A stretch of 64,000 nt of DNA from Candidatus Aenigmatarchaeota archaeon (GCA_021157845.1 JAGGVU010000006.1:4070-68069); one strand, 5' to 3'. Positions 51,075 to 62,261 are shown, counted from the first letter of the stretch. Notes: generated by a model not told the origin, from the letters alone. Translations and numbers: made by a program.

Positions 51075-53396
51075 TTAATCTAATTTAATTTTTGTTATTT
51101 TATCTTTTTCTAATCTGTATATAGAACCAGTTGCCGCATCTTCTAGTTTTTCCTCGTGTGTTATCACAAAAATTTGGTTGACAAAATTGGTGACCTTCTC
51201 TCTTAGGACATATGCAAAAGTTTCTACAGCATGCTGGTCCAGATTGTGAGTTGGCTCATCAAGAACAAGCCATTTTAGTTGTGTTGCTAAAACAAGAGCG
51301 AACGCTATTCTAAGGCATAAAGCCGCCAAACTTCTCTCCCCACCTGAAACAGATGATACATCTACCCATCTTGAACCAAATAAAGAGTTGCTCTTAAGTT
51401 GCAGCGCATAGTCCTGATTGACGATTGATATTCTGATAGCTGAAAAATCGTTATATGGGTATAAGTCAGACCAAATAACATCCATAGTTTCATTGACAGA
51501 CTTTACAAATCTTTCACGCAATTCTACTTGCGTCTCTTCAACTGCTTTTATAAACCGCTCTAAATTTTCAATGACTTTTAACATAATACCACTGGTTTTT
51601 CGCGCATCATCTATTGATTTCTTTTGTTTTAGAATTTCGTCTATGCGTAGCTGTTTCTCTTCTATCAGGACCATTGTACTTTTCATTTTAGATTGTATAG
51701 ATTCCTTTCTTCTGATCAGCTCTTCATATTCTTCTCTTTTATTCTGCAGAAGTTCAACTGAAAATTCTTTTTTTATAGATACGATTTCCTCTTCCAAAAT
51801 TTTCATTTCCTCTTTTAAAGACTGCAGTCTTTTTTTCCTTTTTTCAGATTCAAGAGCCTGCTCTATCTTATTTTTTAGATTAACTATATTTTTAGAGTAA
51901 GTTTCTTTCTTTTCCAGAAATGCTTCCTCTTCCTCTTCTATTGTTTGCTGAGCCTTTTTCAAATCAGAATATTTCTTATCCAGAATTTCACATAATTTCT
52001 TAAGCTCATCAATACCTGACGTGTCCAAAGATTTTATTTTGTCCTCCAAGAAACTAAGTTTACTCGTTAATCTTTCTATTTCATCTTTCTCTCTTTGAGC
52101 ATTTTCCAATTCAGATTTTATTTTTTTTAGCTCGGTCCTCAGCCGGTTTATAAGATTTTGTCGCTCCTGTATTAATGTATTTTTTTTAGATTCGACGAGC
52201 TCGGAGCCACAAACTGGGCATTTATTATCAGATGACATCAGTTTATCCAAATTTTCCTTTGTTTGCTCAAGCAGTGCCTGTTTAGAATGCAATGACTGAC
52301 TTAAAGAATTTAGCTTTTCTGCAAACGACTCAGGAGTTCTGCTAGCAATTAAGTTTTTCAGCTTTTTAATTTCAGCAGATATCTTTTCCGCCTGCTCGTA
52401 ATTGTTTTTCAATTGCTCTAATTTAGCTTTTTTAGAAGCCCTCTCTATTTCAATATCGTTCAGTTGCTTCTGAAAAGATGCGTATTCGGCCTTTATATCA
52501 TCCAATTTCTCAGTTATTTTGTTTAATTGCTCCTCTATATCATCTCTCTGCTTCTCAAGTTTTTTTATATCTGCCTCAACAATCATTTCCTCTAGCTCGT
52601 GAACAGATGTTTTTGCCTGAATAAATTTTCTTGTTTTTTCCTCAAGCATGTTTCTTTTCTCTTCAAGGTAGTTTAGTTCTTTTGTTGCCTGCTCTGTTTT
52701 TTGCTCAAGTGCCATGATTTTTTCTTTGGAAAGCTCCAAATCCTTTTTTAATTCATTAATTTCATTTTTTGTCTGTAAAAATTTCTCTTCGTCAAACTGC
52801 TCTTCCATTCTTTTTATATCTAAAAGTTTTTCCTTTCGCCGCACTTTAATTTGATTAATAAGTGTTATTGCATTTGTTCTGACCTTTTCAAACCTGTCAA
52901 TCTTTAAAAGTTCGTCTATCTTTTTCATTCGTTGCCCTTTTGCAAGTGTTAAAAAATAATCTATATTGTTCTGCTCAGAATATATTGCTCTGTAAAATAG
53001 GTCATAATCTATCTTTAGCAGGTTTTGGACAACTTCTGTTACTTTTGATGACTGAGGCGCTTCTAACAAAGAGCCGTTCTTTCTTATCTCAGATGTTGTT
53101 GTCCCCTTACCTCTCTGAATTACACGTTTTATCTCGTAGTTTTCGTTGTCAATCAGAAGGGTTACAATAACCTCTGCGTCATCCTTTTCTTTAGGCCTTG
53201 TCTGTATTATGTCATCAAGCTGTAATTTTCTTTGCTGCAATGCCGGAAATGTGCCAAATAAACAAAAGCAAATCGCATCCATAACAGATGACTTGCCAGA
53301 TCCCATCCTCCCGACTAAAAGGTTAACGCCACTATCAAACTCCATTTTTGTATAGCCATGCGAGCGCCAATTCTTTAGCTCAACAGATTTTATCAT
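51075..53396 (-). CDS. rad50: DNA double-strand break repair ATPase Rad50
   Basis: N-terminal Walker A (LLVGRMGSGKSS), long coiled coil with the zinc hook CPVCG, C-terminal signature/Walker B (SGGERSLAALCLRIAFAL...LVLDEPT). Confidence 0.95.
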   Translation of the reverse strand: MIKSVELKNWRSHGYTKMEFDSGVNLLVGRMGSGKSSVMDAICFCLFGTFPALQQRKLQLDDIIQTRPKEKDDAEVIVTLLIDNENYEIKRVIQRGKGTTTSEIRKNGSLLEAPQSSKVTEVVQNLLKIDYDLFYRAIYSEQNNIDYFLTLAKGQRMKKIDELLKIDRFEKVRTNAITLINQIKVRRKEKLLDIKRMEEQFDEEKFLQTKNEINELKKDLELSKEKIMALEQKTEQATKELNYLEEKRNMLEEKTRKFIQAKTSVHELEEMIVEADIKKLEKQRDDIEEQLNKITEKLDDIKAEYASFQKQLNDIEIERASKKAKLEQLKNNYEQAEKISAEIKKLKNLIASRTPESFAEKLNSLSQSLHSKQALLEQTKENLDKLMSSDNKCPVCGSELVESKKNTLIQERQNLINRLRTELKKIKSELENAQREKDEIERLTSKLSFLEDKIKSLDTSGIDELKKLCEILDKKYSDLKKAQQTIEEEEEAFLEKKETYSKNIVNLKNKIEQALESEKRKKRLQSLKEEMKILEEEIVSIKKEFSVELLQNKREEYEELIRRKESIQSKMKSTMVLIEEKQLRIDEILKQKKSIDDARKTSGIMLKVIENLERFIKAVEETQVELRERFVKSVNETMDVIWSDLYPYNDFSAIRISIVNQDYALQLKSNSLFGSRWVDVSSVSGGERSLAALCLRIAFALVLATQLKWLVLDEPTHNLDQHAVETFAYVLREKVTNFVNQIFVITHEEKLEDAATGSIYRLEKDKITKIKLD

Positions 53397-54547
53397 TTTG
53401 ACTCCTCTGAATATTTTTCAAAAAGCATCGAAAAGGATTCATCTATTTTTCCCTCCAGCAACATATCAAATAATACTTCTGCCAAAGGACCGGCCCTTTC
53501 TTCAAGCATCTTTATTCCAAGTTCTTCTATCGGAACAACATTTATTTTCTTAATTTTCATCTCTTCCTTAACATTTTTTGTTATAGAAACAACAGCATCT
53601 GCCTGTATAGTTTTAAGTCCTGTATCGTCAATATTCTTATTTAGTTTTATTCTAACAACAGGTTTTAATTTTTTCGCAGGTAAATTCCTGAGAAATTCCT
53701 CAGTTTGTTTCAGCTCTTTTTCATTATTTATGTCAAATATATACACATCACGCTGGTTTTCAAGTTCTATAAATTTTATACCAATCTTGCCGTTTTCTAC
53801 GCTAATTATATTAAACCCTTTTCTGCTTTCCTTTTTTAGTTGCGTTTGTATAGTGCTTCCGCATATCAATAATTTTCTCTTATGACCTGCCAAATCAAAC
53901 TCGTGAATTTTTCTTTCGTGAATATGGCCATCTATATATAAGTCAAACCCGTCTGGCAAATCCTCCAGTTTTATCGTCGGCGGCTCGTTAGGAGAATAAA
54001 TAAACGGGTCTATACTCTGATGCAACATTAATATGTTTACCGCATCTTTGACAGGTTTTGGATTCCAGTCCTTTAGTATAGGACCGGCATATCTTTCAGG
54101 AACACCTGACATGCCATGAATAGCTATTCTTTCTCCGTGCTTCTCAAACACAACATGATTCAGATGCAGATGAATCATAATGCCCGCATGTTCCAGAGCT
54201 TCTATTGGATTCATTAAATCTGTTGCGCGCCTTTCGTGAGTCCCATGAATAGCTATCATCGGTATACCTATAAGCGAAAGTTTAGAAACATACTTATCAT
54301 TCTCTACAAGCCGTACATTTGAATGTCCAAAAACAAGTGGCTTTGAAAATATTCTCATTGCCCTGACAAATACATCTGGCTTTGGAACCCTTGAATCAAA
54401 TAAATCACCCGGTAGAATTATCAAATCAACTTTTTCAGCTATTGCCTTATCTATGGCCTCTTCAGCAGCTATAAATGAGTCGTCTGACCGCTCCCCAGAA
54501 TAGTCAAAACCAAGGTGCGTGTCTGAAATAACTGCTATTTTCATCAA
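53393..54547 (-). CDS. mre11: DNA double-strand break repair nuclease Mre11
   Basis: Calcineurin-like phosphoesterase motifs (ISDTHLG, GDLFD, GNHE-like, GHIHE); ATGA overlap with rad50. Confidence 0.9.
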   Translation of the reverse strand: MMKIAVISDTHLGFDYSGERSDDSFIAAEEAIDKAIAEKVDLIILPGDLFDSRVPKPDVFVRAMRIFSKPLVFGHSNVRLVENDKYVSKLSLIGIPMIAIHGTHERRATDLMNPIEALEHAGIMIHLHLNHVVFEKHGERIAIHGMSGVPERYAGPILKDWNPKPVKDAVNILMLHQSIDPFIYSPNEPPTIKLEDLPDGFDLYIDGHIHERKIHEFDLAGHKRKLLICGSTIQTQLKKESRKGFNIISVENGKIGIKFIELENQRDVYIFDINNEKELKQTEEFLRNLPAKKLKPVVRIKLNKNIDDTGLKTIQADAVVSITKNVKEEMKIKKINVVPIEELGIKMLEERAGPLAEVLFDMLLEGKIDESFSMLFEKYSEESK

Positions 54548-54701
54548 AAATAATTATAAGACAACTTTAATAAATCTATCAATCTCAGTTATGATGTCGC
54601 ATTTATATTTCCATATGCAACGTCAATAAATCAATATGGTGGATTAATATGCCAAAAAGGATATCGAAAAACTAATAAATAGGCCGGGACAAAGGATTAT
54701 T

Positions 54702-54941
54702 ATGAAAAAATCTGATAAAAATTCGAGGTCAAGTAAAATCCGCAGGATATATAGGTCAGGAAAAGACAAGATTCTCGGAGGAGTGTGTGGAGGTATTGGA
54801 GAGTACTTGAGCGTAGATCCAGTAATAATTCGTCTTCTCTGGGTAATTGGAATACTTGCTTGGGGGTCCGGGATTTTGTTGTACATAATAGCGTGGATAA
54901 TAATACCAAGAAATCCCCGCCACAAGTGGACTAGATACTAA
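54702..54941 (+). CDS. PspC-domain small membrane protein
   Basis: PspC motif KILGGVCGGIGEYLSVDPVIIRLLWV followed by a TM helix. Confidence 0.7.
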   Translation: MKKSDKNSRSSKIRRIYRSGKDKILGGVCGGIGEYLSVDPVIIRLLWVIGILAWGSGILLYIIAWIIIPRNPRHKWTRY

Positions 54942-55022
54942 AAGTATCATGAAACATATCCCTCTCTATGCTTGAAAATGATATTGATGAAAAAGAATAT
55001 ATTGATTGGTTAAAAACAATGA

Positions 55023-55658
55023 TTAAATTTTGAACCCGTGTTTTCCTTTCAGCGGAACAAAACGATACCAGCCTAAAAAATGTTCTTCAAAGGTATCGCC
55101 TTTTTTTATTATTTTCACCAGTTCCTGCACATCGTAGCCAACAGGAATAATCATTATGCCGCCATCTTTAAGCTGCTTCTTCAATGGCTCTGGTACGTCT
55201 GGTGAAGCTGCTGTTACAATTATCCTCTCATATGGCGACTCTTTAGCATAGCCCAAAGAGCCGTCTCCATAAATAACCTTCACATTTGCATAACCTGCAT
55301 ATTTAAGATTTTTACTGGCAAAATCTGCCAGCTCTTTCACCTGCTCTATTGTGACAATCTTGCCTTTTTTACCGACAATTTCAGCAAGAATAGCAGCCTG
55401 ATAGCCAGAACCTGTTCCAATCTCAAGTATTTTTTGTCCACGCTTCGGCTCTAAAGCTTCTGTCATGTCAGCAACAGTAAGTGGCTGGGAAATCGTTTGG
55501 CCATATCCTATTGGCAATGGCTCATTTACATAAGCATAGCGCTTTAAATCAAGTGGAACAAAATTCTCTCGTTTAACTTTTCTGAAAGCTTGTATGACTT
55601 CACGTGTTTTGAGATGTTTTGTTTTTATCAGCTCATTTATCAGCGAATCTTTATCCAT
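55023..55658 (-). CDS. pcm: Protein-L-isoaspartate O-methyltransferase (PIMT)
   Basis: SAM-binding motif ILEIGTGSGYQAA and the PIMT-specific QTISQP and ASPDVPEPL motifs. Confidence 0.9.
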   Translation of the reverse strand: MDKDSLINELIKTKHLKTREVIQAFRKVKRENFVPLDLKRYAYVNEPLPIGYGQTISQPLTVADMTEALEPKRGQKILEIGTGSGYQAAILAEIVGKKGKIVTIEQVKELADFASKNLKYAGYANVKVIYGDGSLGYAKESPYERIIVTAASPDVPEPLKKQLKDGGIMIIPVGYDVQELVKIIKKGDTFEEHFLGWYRFVPLKGKHGFKI

Positions 55659-55832
55659 AAGAAAAATAATCTATTTTGAACTTAAATATTTAATAAAATA
55701 TTCTAGTTATGAGCAACCATGAATGAACTCGGCCCTTATGAAAAGTTAAAAGAAATAAAAAAGAAATTTGAAGAGATAAAGAAAAAAATCATGGGCACAG
55801 ATAAGGATTGGCCAGAGCCAAAAGAATATAAA

Positions 55833-57161
55833 TCATCCCATTCCAAGTCCTCTTAGTAAACTGCCGAACCCGCCCCGCTTTGCCAGTTTTTCCATTCTTT
55901 TTGGGTTCATCTTCCTAATCATTTTTTTTGACTGCTTGTAAGATCTGATCAGCTCGCGCACATCTGATTCTGTACAACCAGACCCTTTTGCTATCCTTTT
56001 TATCCGCGAATAATCCAGAACAGTTGGGTCAGCACGCTCTTCCTGGGTCATGGAATCTCTTATATAGCGCCATTTTTTCATTTTGTCTTCGTGAACAGCC
56101 AATGTTTTGGTTGGTATTTTAACTGACGAGAGTCCCATCTTATCTAAAATTTGCTTAAACGAGCCCATCTTTTGCACAGAAGATATTTGGCTAATAAAAT
56201 CGTCAAGCCCGAATTTGCCCGATGCTATTTTTTTTGCAGATTTTTTGTCTGTAACCTCTTCTGCCTTTTCCAAAAGTGATTTTATATCACCCATTCCAAG
56301 CATCCGGGATACAAACCTCTTTGGGTTGTAAAATTCCAAATCATCTGGCTTTTCTCCGACTGTTATGAATTTTATCTTTGCCTTTGTCTCATAAGAAGCA
56401 GTCAATGCACCTCCTGCTCTTGCTGTCGAATCCAACTTCGTCACAATTATAGAATCTATATCCAGAATTTCTTCAAATGCCTTTGCCTGTTGCCGCGCAC
56501 TCTGGCCAATATCAGCAGGTATGACAAGAATTTTTTCATCTGGATTGGCAACATTGTTAATTTTTTTTATTTCAGCAACTAGCTCATCATCTAAAGCATC
56601 TCTTCCTGCAGAATCAATTATAATTATATCATATTTACTCATCGCTGCTAATCCCTTTTTTGCAACTATGGAACCGTCCTTCTCTTCTTTTATTCCGAAA
56701 AACGGAACATTTATTTTCTTAGATAATTGCTCTAATTGTTCATAAGCAGCTGGTCTGAAAGTATCACAGCATATGACTGCGGGTCGCAATCCTTTTTTTT
56801 GATAAAACCGTGCAAGTTTTGCTGCTGTTGTTGTCTTACCAGAGCCAAAAAGGCCTATGAGAAGTATTTTTGACGGCTTTAACTCAACTTTAGCAGGTTC
56901 TTTTCCGAGGATATTCACAAGTTCGTCATAAATTAATTTTATAAGGTATTCTCTCCTGCTCATGCCCGGTGGTAGCTTTTCAAACGCCTTTTCCCTTATG
57001 CGTTTTGAAAGGGAAAAAACAATTTTTACGTCAACATCTGCAGCAAGCAAAGAGCGCTGTATATCTCTTATAACAGAATCAACTTCTTTTCTGTCTATCA
57101 GCGCGAAGCGTGTTATTTTGTCAATAGTTTTACGCAATCCTTGTGAGAGTTTTTCAAACAT
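55833..57161 (-). CDS. srp54: Signal recognition particle protein SRP54
   Basis: NG domain (GLFGSGKTTTAAKLA, DTFRPAA, IIIDSAGR) and the Met-rich M domain. Confidence 0.95.
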   Translation of the reverse strand: MFEKLSQGLRKTIDKITRFALIDRKEVDSVIRDIQRSLLAADVDVKIVFSLSKRIREKAFEKLPPGMSRREYLIKLIYDELVNILGKEPAKVELKPSKILLIGLFGSGKTTTAAKLARFYQKKGLRPAVICCDTFRPAAYEQLEQLSKKINVPFFGIKEEKDGSIVAKKGLAAMSKYDIIIIDSAGRDALDDELVAEIKKINNVANPDEKILVIPADIGQSARQQAKAFEEILDIDSIIVTKLDSTARAGGALTASYETKAKIKFITVGEKPDDLEFYNPKRFVSRMLGMGDIKSLLEKAEEVTDKKSAKKIASGKFGLDDFISQISSVQKMGSFKQILDKMGLSSVKIPTKTLAVHEDKMKKWRYIRDSMTQEERADPTVLDYSRIKRIAKGSGCTESDVRELIRSYKQSKKMIRKMNPKRMEKLAKRGGFGSLLRGLGMG

Positions 57162-57411
57162 GACTACACCTTTTTAATTAATAATTTAATTAATAACAAA
57201 GATTTTAAATGATTAATTTTTTAGGGTTCAACTGATTTTAAAATATTTAAATCGAATTAAATTTACGAGTTAGTTTAAATATATAATGCCACATTTATAT
57301 CTTCAGCCAAAATGTCAAAGACGCTTGAAATTACATCAGAGCTCATTGGCATAAATTTATCAAAAATGAATAGGGTTGAAAAATATTTTGGCTGACCAAA
57401 TATGTTAGATG

Positions 57412-57579
57412 ATAATATGACAGGCGTAAAGAAGATTGTTAAATGTCCCAAGTGTGGTTGGACACAGAAATGTCTTGCAGAAAAAAGCGTCAGATGTTTC
57501 AGATGCGGATATAGCTATTTATTAAGGCCAAAAGGAAAGCCAAGCCGTATAGTTAAGATATTAAAGTAGATAACATGTT
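57412..57579 (+). CDS. Small C4 zinc-ribbon protein (55 aa)
   Basis: Not in the ORF track (under 60 aa): MLDDNMTGVKKIVKCPKCGWTQKCLAEKSVRCFRCGYSYLLRPKGKPSRIVKILK, with a CPKC...CFRC pattern. Confidence 0.4.
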
Positions 57580-57769
57580 AAAGCTAATTGCCAAAGCCGC
57601 GTGGCCAAAAATATCTATATAGCTGTCATTTTGGATTTTCGTTAAGTCTTGGAATTTAAGTTTTCATTTGTAATTTCTCTTTTAGGCTTAATCCTAGAAA
57701 AATATTTATGCGTTAACTTTTTGCCTGATTCCCAATCATAATAATTTAACTTTATGGATTTCTCGATGT

Positions 57770-58522
57770 CTAGAAAAAAGCTTTTATCTTTGGCTCAAAA
57801 CTGGATAAACCCAGCATAATAGAATCTCTTCCCCACGGATCTACGAGTGGATTTTTCGGATCACAAATGTTCGCGAAATCAAGATTCTGAATAAAAAAAG
57901 TGGGCTTTAGAGGAAGTTCTTTGTTAACATCTCTGAATCTAAACTCAAGAGATTTAAATGACGTGCCATTGTCTTTTTTGATTTCTTCTGTTTTCGAATA
58001 TGTTATTTGACCATAATGCAACCCTCTTGGATAATCATCACCGGGAAAATCTTTTTCTTTATCCCAATACGGAGATGTTTTATGTGGTGTGAAAACACCA
58101 GCTTTTTTCAATGAAGGGCTCGTTGGAATAGCGTCGTGCATGATTTCATCCATTGTTATATCTCCCTTAATATAACTTTTCCTGAAAATCCCGGAAAAAT
58201 AAGCGGTAGTACACCCTTTTTGGAATAAATCGTAATATTCCTTTTCTGTCATCCTAGCAGTAAACTCCCTTTTCTCGCCATTAGAACTGCCTATGTCTAT
58301 TTTCAGAAGGACTCTTGGTATTATTTCTTCTGTTATTTTATTCTTATATGCCGGATATTTATGAATAGCAAATCTCGTTGCCTGTTTCTTTTTGACACTT
58401 TGAAAAAATTCATCAAACTCTTTATTTATTTCATTGAATTTTTCAAGTTTGTCTGTACCGTGTTTTTTGTCATAATCTTCCAAAATTTCTATTGACTGAT
58501 GATATCTTTTTAATGTGCCCAT
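57770..58522 (-). CDS. Hypothetical protein (250 aa)
   Basis: ORF only. Confidence 0.5.
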   Translation of the reverse strand: MGTLKRYHQSIEILEDYDKKHGTDKLEKFNEINKEFDEFFQSVKKKQATRFAIHKYPAYKNKITEEIIPRVLLKIDIGSSNGEKREFTARMTEKEYYDLFQKGCTTAYFSGIFRKSYIKGDITMDEIMHDAIPTSPSLKKAGVFTPHKTSPYWDKEKDFPGDDYPRGLHYGQITYSKTEEIKKDNGTSFKSLEFRFRDVNKELPLKPTFFIQNLDFANICDPKNPLVDPWGRDSIMLGLSSFEPKIKAFF

Positions 58523-58814
58523 TTCACCACACCCAATTTATTTATTACTAAAAAATAAATATGATTAAAAAATATTTAAAAGTAACACACCACAACAAAT
58601 AAATATGAATGATATCAAAATAAACACATGGCTAATAAAACATTGAAAGCCGGGATTGTAACAGCAGTTATGGGTGCATTGATTCAGGCAAGTAAAATAG
58701 CAGACAAGTTTCCAGAACCGCTAAATTTTATAGGATGGCTTATTATATTCTGTAGTGTTGTAATAATAGCATGGGATTTAGTCCTGAAAAGGTAAATTCT
58801 TTTAAATATTTTTC

Positions 58815-59141
58815 TTGAATAGTTTTAGCATGGCTGATGAAGTTTCACAATACAAACGGGCGCCTGCCTTGAGAAGAAAGATAAAAGATATAAATCCGGA
58901 ATCTGACATGCGGGTGACGATTGTTGGAACAGTTGTTGGAAAAAATGCAGGAAGCCTGATAGTAGATGACGGTTCTGATACAGCAGAAATCGTGACTGAT
59001 GTCGAAAAAGAAATTGGCAGCCCGGTGAGAATAATAGCCAGAGTTTTGCCACTAGAAACCGGATTCGAGCTACAGGCAGAAATTGTACAGGACATGAAAG
59101 GCCTGAATATGAACTTATATAAGTTAGTAGAGGAAAAATAA
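58815..59141 (+). CDS. OB-fold nucleic-acid-binding protein (RPA-like, about 100 aa)
   Basis: Pattern MRVTIVGTVVGKNAGSLIVDDGSDTAEIV...VRIIARV, typical of a tRNA_anti/RPA OB fold. Confidence 0.55.
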   Translation: MNSFSMADEVSQYKRAPALRRKIKDINPESDMRVTIVGTVVGKNAGSLIVDDGSDTAEIVTDVEKEIGSPVRIIARVLPLETGFELQAEIVQDMKGLNMNLYKLVEEK

Positions 59142-59155
59142 GTGGTGATTATAGG

Positions 59156-59368
59156 GTGTGGGCTGTATTTGCAACGCTGATGATAGCTTTAATTATAGGA
59201 ACATCTGTTTTCTGGCTATGGATGCTGGTTGACTGCCTTAGCAGACCTGAGAGAAAATTCAAAGGAAAAAATGATAAGCTTATATGGATTCTTTTGATGA
59301 TATTCTTTTGGGTACTTGGTTCAATATTATATTTTTTTATGGTAAAAGAGAAAAAAGGAAAGAGATGA
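59156..59368 (+). CDS. Small two-TM membrane protein (PLDc_N-like)
   Basis: Two hydrophobic helices with a conserved P...G..LY pattern. Confidence 0.45.
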   Translation: MWAVFATLMIALIIGTSVFWLWMLVDCLSRPERKFKGKNDKLIWILLMIFFWVLGSILYFFMVKEKKGKR

Positions 59369-59375
59369 TGCATCT

Positions 59376-60113
59376 ATGTTCGAATCTGAAATGAAAAATC
59401 CAATCTTGCTGAGAAATGCACTTGAGCCAATAACAGAAATAATAGATGAGGCTGTTTTACAGATAAAAGAGGATGGCCTGAAGATATTGGCAGCAGACAG
59501 GGCAGTGGTTGTTGTTGTAGATTTTGAGATGAGTAAAAAATGCTTTGACAAATACAAGCTGACAGAAAATATAGAAATAGGGCTAAATTTGACAAACTTT
59601 CTGCAAATATTAAAAAGGGCTGGAAGCTCTGACAAGCTAAAACTGAAAACAGATGGTCAAAAATTGGAAATAATATTTGAAAATGGCTCTGAAAGAAAAT
59701 TCCAAATACCTACCATATCATTAAGCGGAAATGAAACACCCGATGTATCTAAGCTGGAGTTTAAGAATATTATAAAGACGGATGCATCTATTATTAATAA
59801 TGCCATAAATGACGCTGACCTTATAGCAGATTCCATGGTTTTCTCTATTGACGAATCTGCGATGAGAATATCAGCTTCTTCAGATTCAACTTCTGTAAAT
59901 ATTGTTGTGCCAAAGAAAAAACTAAAAAAATTTGGCTACGTAGAAGATGCGCGCTCTAGGTTCTCTCTCGAATATCTGAAAAAGATAATAAAGGCGTCAA
60001 AAATAGCTGACGAAGCGGAAATAAGCATTGGAACAGATTACCCAATGCGACTAATTTTCGCAGATAAAAATATTAAAATTTCATTCATTCTCGCGCCAAG
60101 AGTTGAAGATTAA
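59376..60113 (+). CDS. pcn: DNA polymerase sliding clamp PCNA
   Basis: 245-aa, two-domain PCNA pattern (ILLRNALEPITEIIDEAVLQIKEDGLKILAADRA...MRLIFADKNIKISFILAPR). Confidence 0.85.
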   Translation: MFESEMKNPILLRNALEPITEIIDEAVLQIKEDGLKILAADRAVVVVVDFEMSKKCFDKYKLTENIEIGLNLTNFLQILKRAGSSDKLKLKTDGQKLEIIFENGSERKFQIPTISLSGNETPDVSKLEFKNIIKTDASIINNAINDADLIADSMVFSIDESAMRISASSDSTSVNIVVPKKKLKKFGYVEDARSRFSLEYLKKIIKASKIADEAEISIGTDYPMRLIFADKNIKISFILAPRVED

Positions 60114-60281
60114 AAGGTGAAATGACAGAATATATGCGGAAAATCAGGGAATTGTACAAGTGTGGAGAAGAAAACAAAATCGAAAGCGTGTTTGACGAAC
60201 TTGTGAATTATTGTAAAAAGGAGGGTATAGAGCCTATACTCTTTACAGATATTGCTGCTGAAATAAATAATTATATCTGCT

Positions 60282-61535
60282 CTATTCATTCCAGAAACTG
60301 ACTAGGAAGCCAAATGCGAGAATCGTAAGGGTAAGATTAATAACATTTCTCGGAAACGAAAACAGCATGACTGAACAAAATAGCAGGCCAAACAAAGAAG
60401 GCAGTGGAATTTTTCCAATGTTTAGCGGCACCTTAAATGCTCTTTTTCTGTTAGGTTGCTTATAGCGCAGCCATATCAAAGACGCGTTGATAACAGCAAA
60501 CATAAGCATAATACCAAAATCTGTCATAGATGCAAGAACACTAAGAGATTTGGAGTTTAAAAATATAATAACAATAATAGTATTTAACAAAATAGCCAAA
60601 TACGGTGTTTTTGTTTTTTTGTGTATTTTAGATAGTTGGCGTGGCAGTGAACCTTCTGAAGCCATACCGTAAATCATTCTGCTTGCCACGATTGATAAAA
60701 TCAGAACAGTACTGGCTGTTGCACATAATGCTATGATTGCAAGAATCGTGTCAGCATTGGTAAAAACCTTTGAGACAGCAAGTGCAAGCGGAGCTTCTGA
60801 TGCTGCAAGTGAGGATGGAGAAGCGAGGCTTACAACTGAAATTGCCACCAAGATATATAAGACTGTTGTAATGAGAACTGATAAGATTATCGCTTTTGGT
60901 ATGGTTTTTTTAGGATTTTTTGTTTCTTCTGCCATGTTGACTATATCTTCAAATCCGAGATAAGCAAAAAACACTAGCCCAGCTGACATAAACAGACCTC
61001 TAAATCCGTTAGACATTGAAAAATAATTAACAGAGCCAAAGTGCGGAACCGCTGCGCATATTATTATTATCAAACCAAGTAGAGAAAGCCCTGTCAGTAT
61101 TATATTAAATTCAGTGCTCTGTCGTATGCCTGAAAAATTAACCAAAGCCATAAACAAGACCAAACAAGTTGCTACCATTGGAATAGAAAGTGGAAAGAAA
61201 AAAGAAAAATAACTGGCAAATCCTAAGGCGACGGTAGATATTGCAAAAACATCAGTACACATAATTATCCACCCCACTAGAAAAGCCAATCGCTTATCAA
61301 AAGCATTTTTCACATAATGATACTCTGCTGCCTCTTTTGGAAACATCGTACTAAGCTCCGCATATGCGAGACCTGTTAAAATTGCTACAAAAGATGCTAT
61401 GAGAAAAGAAAGCCACAGGGCATTTCCAGCAAGGCCAGCAGCCTGACCAATAATAACATATATTCCTGCTCCTACTATCAGGCCTACACCATACATAACT
61501 GACTCAAACAGACCGATGGAACGCTTAAGTGCCAT
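60282..61535 (-). CDS. APC-family amino acid permease
   Basis: Twelve TM helices with the N-terminal APC signature SVMYGVGLIVGAGIYV. Confidence 0.8.
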   Translation of the reverse strand: MALKRSIGLFESVMYGVGLIVGAGIYVIIGQAAGLAGNALWLSFLIASFVAILTGLAYAELSTMFPKEAAEYHYVKNAFDKRLAFLVGWIIMCTDVFAISTVALGFASYFSFFFPLSIPMVATCLVLFMALVNFSGIRQSTEFNIILTGLSLLGLIIIICAAVPHFGSVNYFSMSNGFRGLFMSAGLVFFAYLGFEDIVNMAEETKNPKKTIPKAIILSVLITTVLYILVAISVVSLASPSSLAASEAPLALAVSKVFTNADTILAIIALCATASTVLILSIVASRMIYGMASEGSLPRQLSKIHKKTKTPYLAILLNTIIVIIFLNSKSLSVLASMTDFGIMLMFAVINASLIWLRYKQPNRKRAFKVPLNIGKIPLPSLFGLLFCSVMLFSFPRNVINLTLTILAFGFLVSFWNE

Positions 61536-61737
61536 AACTATATCTTAAAGGAACTCGTTTATATTAATTTGCGTTTGGTATGGCCCTGTTTAAGAATATT
61601 TAAAAAGATTTTCTATATTATTAATAGGTAGTAATGTGGAGGTAATAAAATGAATGATATAATAAATGCCATAGTTTTTGTATTGGTTAGCGAGCAGTCG
61701 CTTATAAAAGACTACTGCACTGGTTTAAGAAATAAAA

Positions 61738-62151
61738 TTGAACTTAGTTATAGATCTTAGAAATAATTGGTGCTATAGTATGCCGAAAATCACAGAACTA
61801 AAAGCGAAAATTGATAATATTGAGAAAATAACAAAAAGAGAGGGTTGGCTTCGCCATCGCGATGTCGAATATTTGAAAATAATCGCTGGAAATGAAGAAA
61901 TAAATCTTAAAGCCAAAGAACATAAAACTTCCATTGCATTTGAAAATATATTACGCGATTATATAGGCGGAAAAAAACTGGAAATAGATGGAAAAAAGAT
62001 AGAATATAATTTACCTACTTTGTTAATATCCGAAGAAAGCAGTGAAGAGATTTGCGGCGTAATTAAAGTTGACGGCAAAGAAAAATATCTGTTTTCTGCG
62101 TTTAATTGGCTTTACGGAAATTTAACATCATTTGAAAAATTGGAAAACTGA
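61738..62151 (+). CDS. Hypothetical protein; paralog of the downstream ORF
   Basis: Shares KVDGKEKYLFSAF with KVDGEEKYQFFIA in the next ORF. Confidence 0.45.
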   Translation: MNLVIDLRNNWCYSMPKITELKAKIDNIEKITKREGWLRHRDVEYLKIIAGNEEINLKAKEHKTSIAFENILRDYIGGKKLEIDGKKIEYNLPTLLISEESSEEICGVIKVDGKEKYLFSAFNWLYGNLTSFEKLEN

Positions 62152-62261
62152 TTATTTGTATATAACTAGGGGTAATTTTTATTAAAAAAGTTAAAAAAAT
62201 AGAATATAAACTTGAGGGAAAAATTACAGACGTCAAAAGAATAAGACGTGAGTATAGATTT

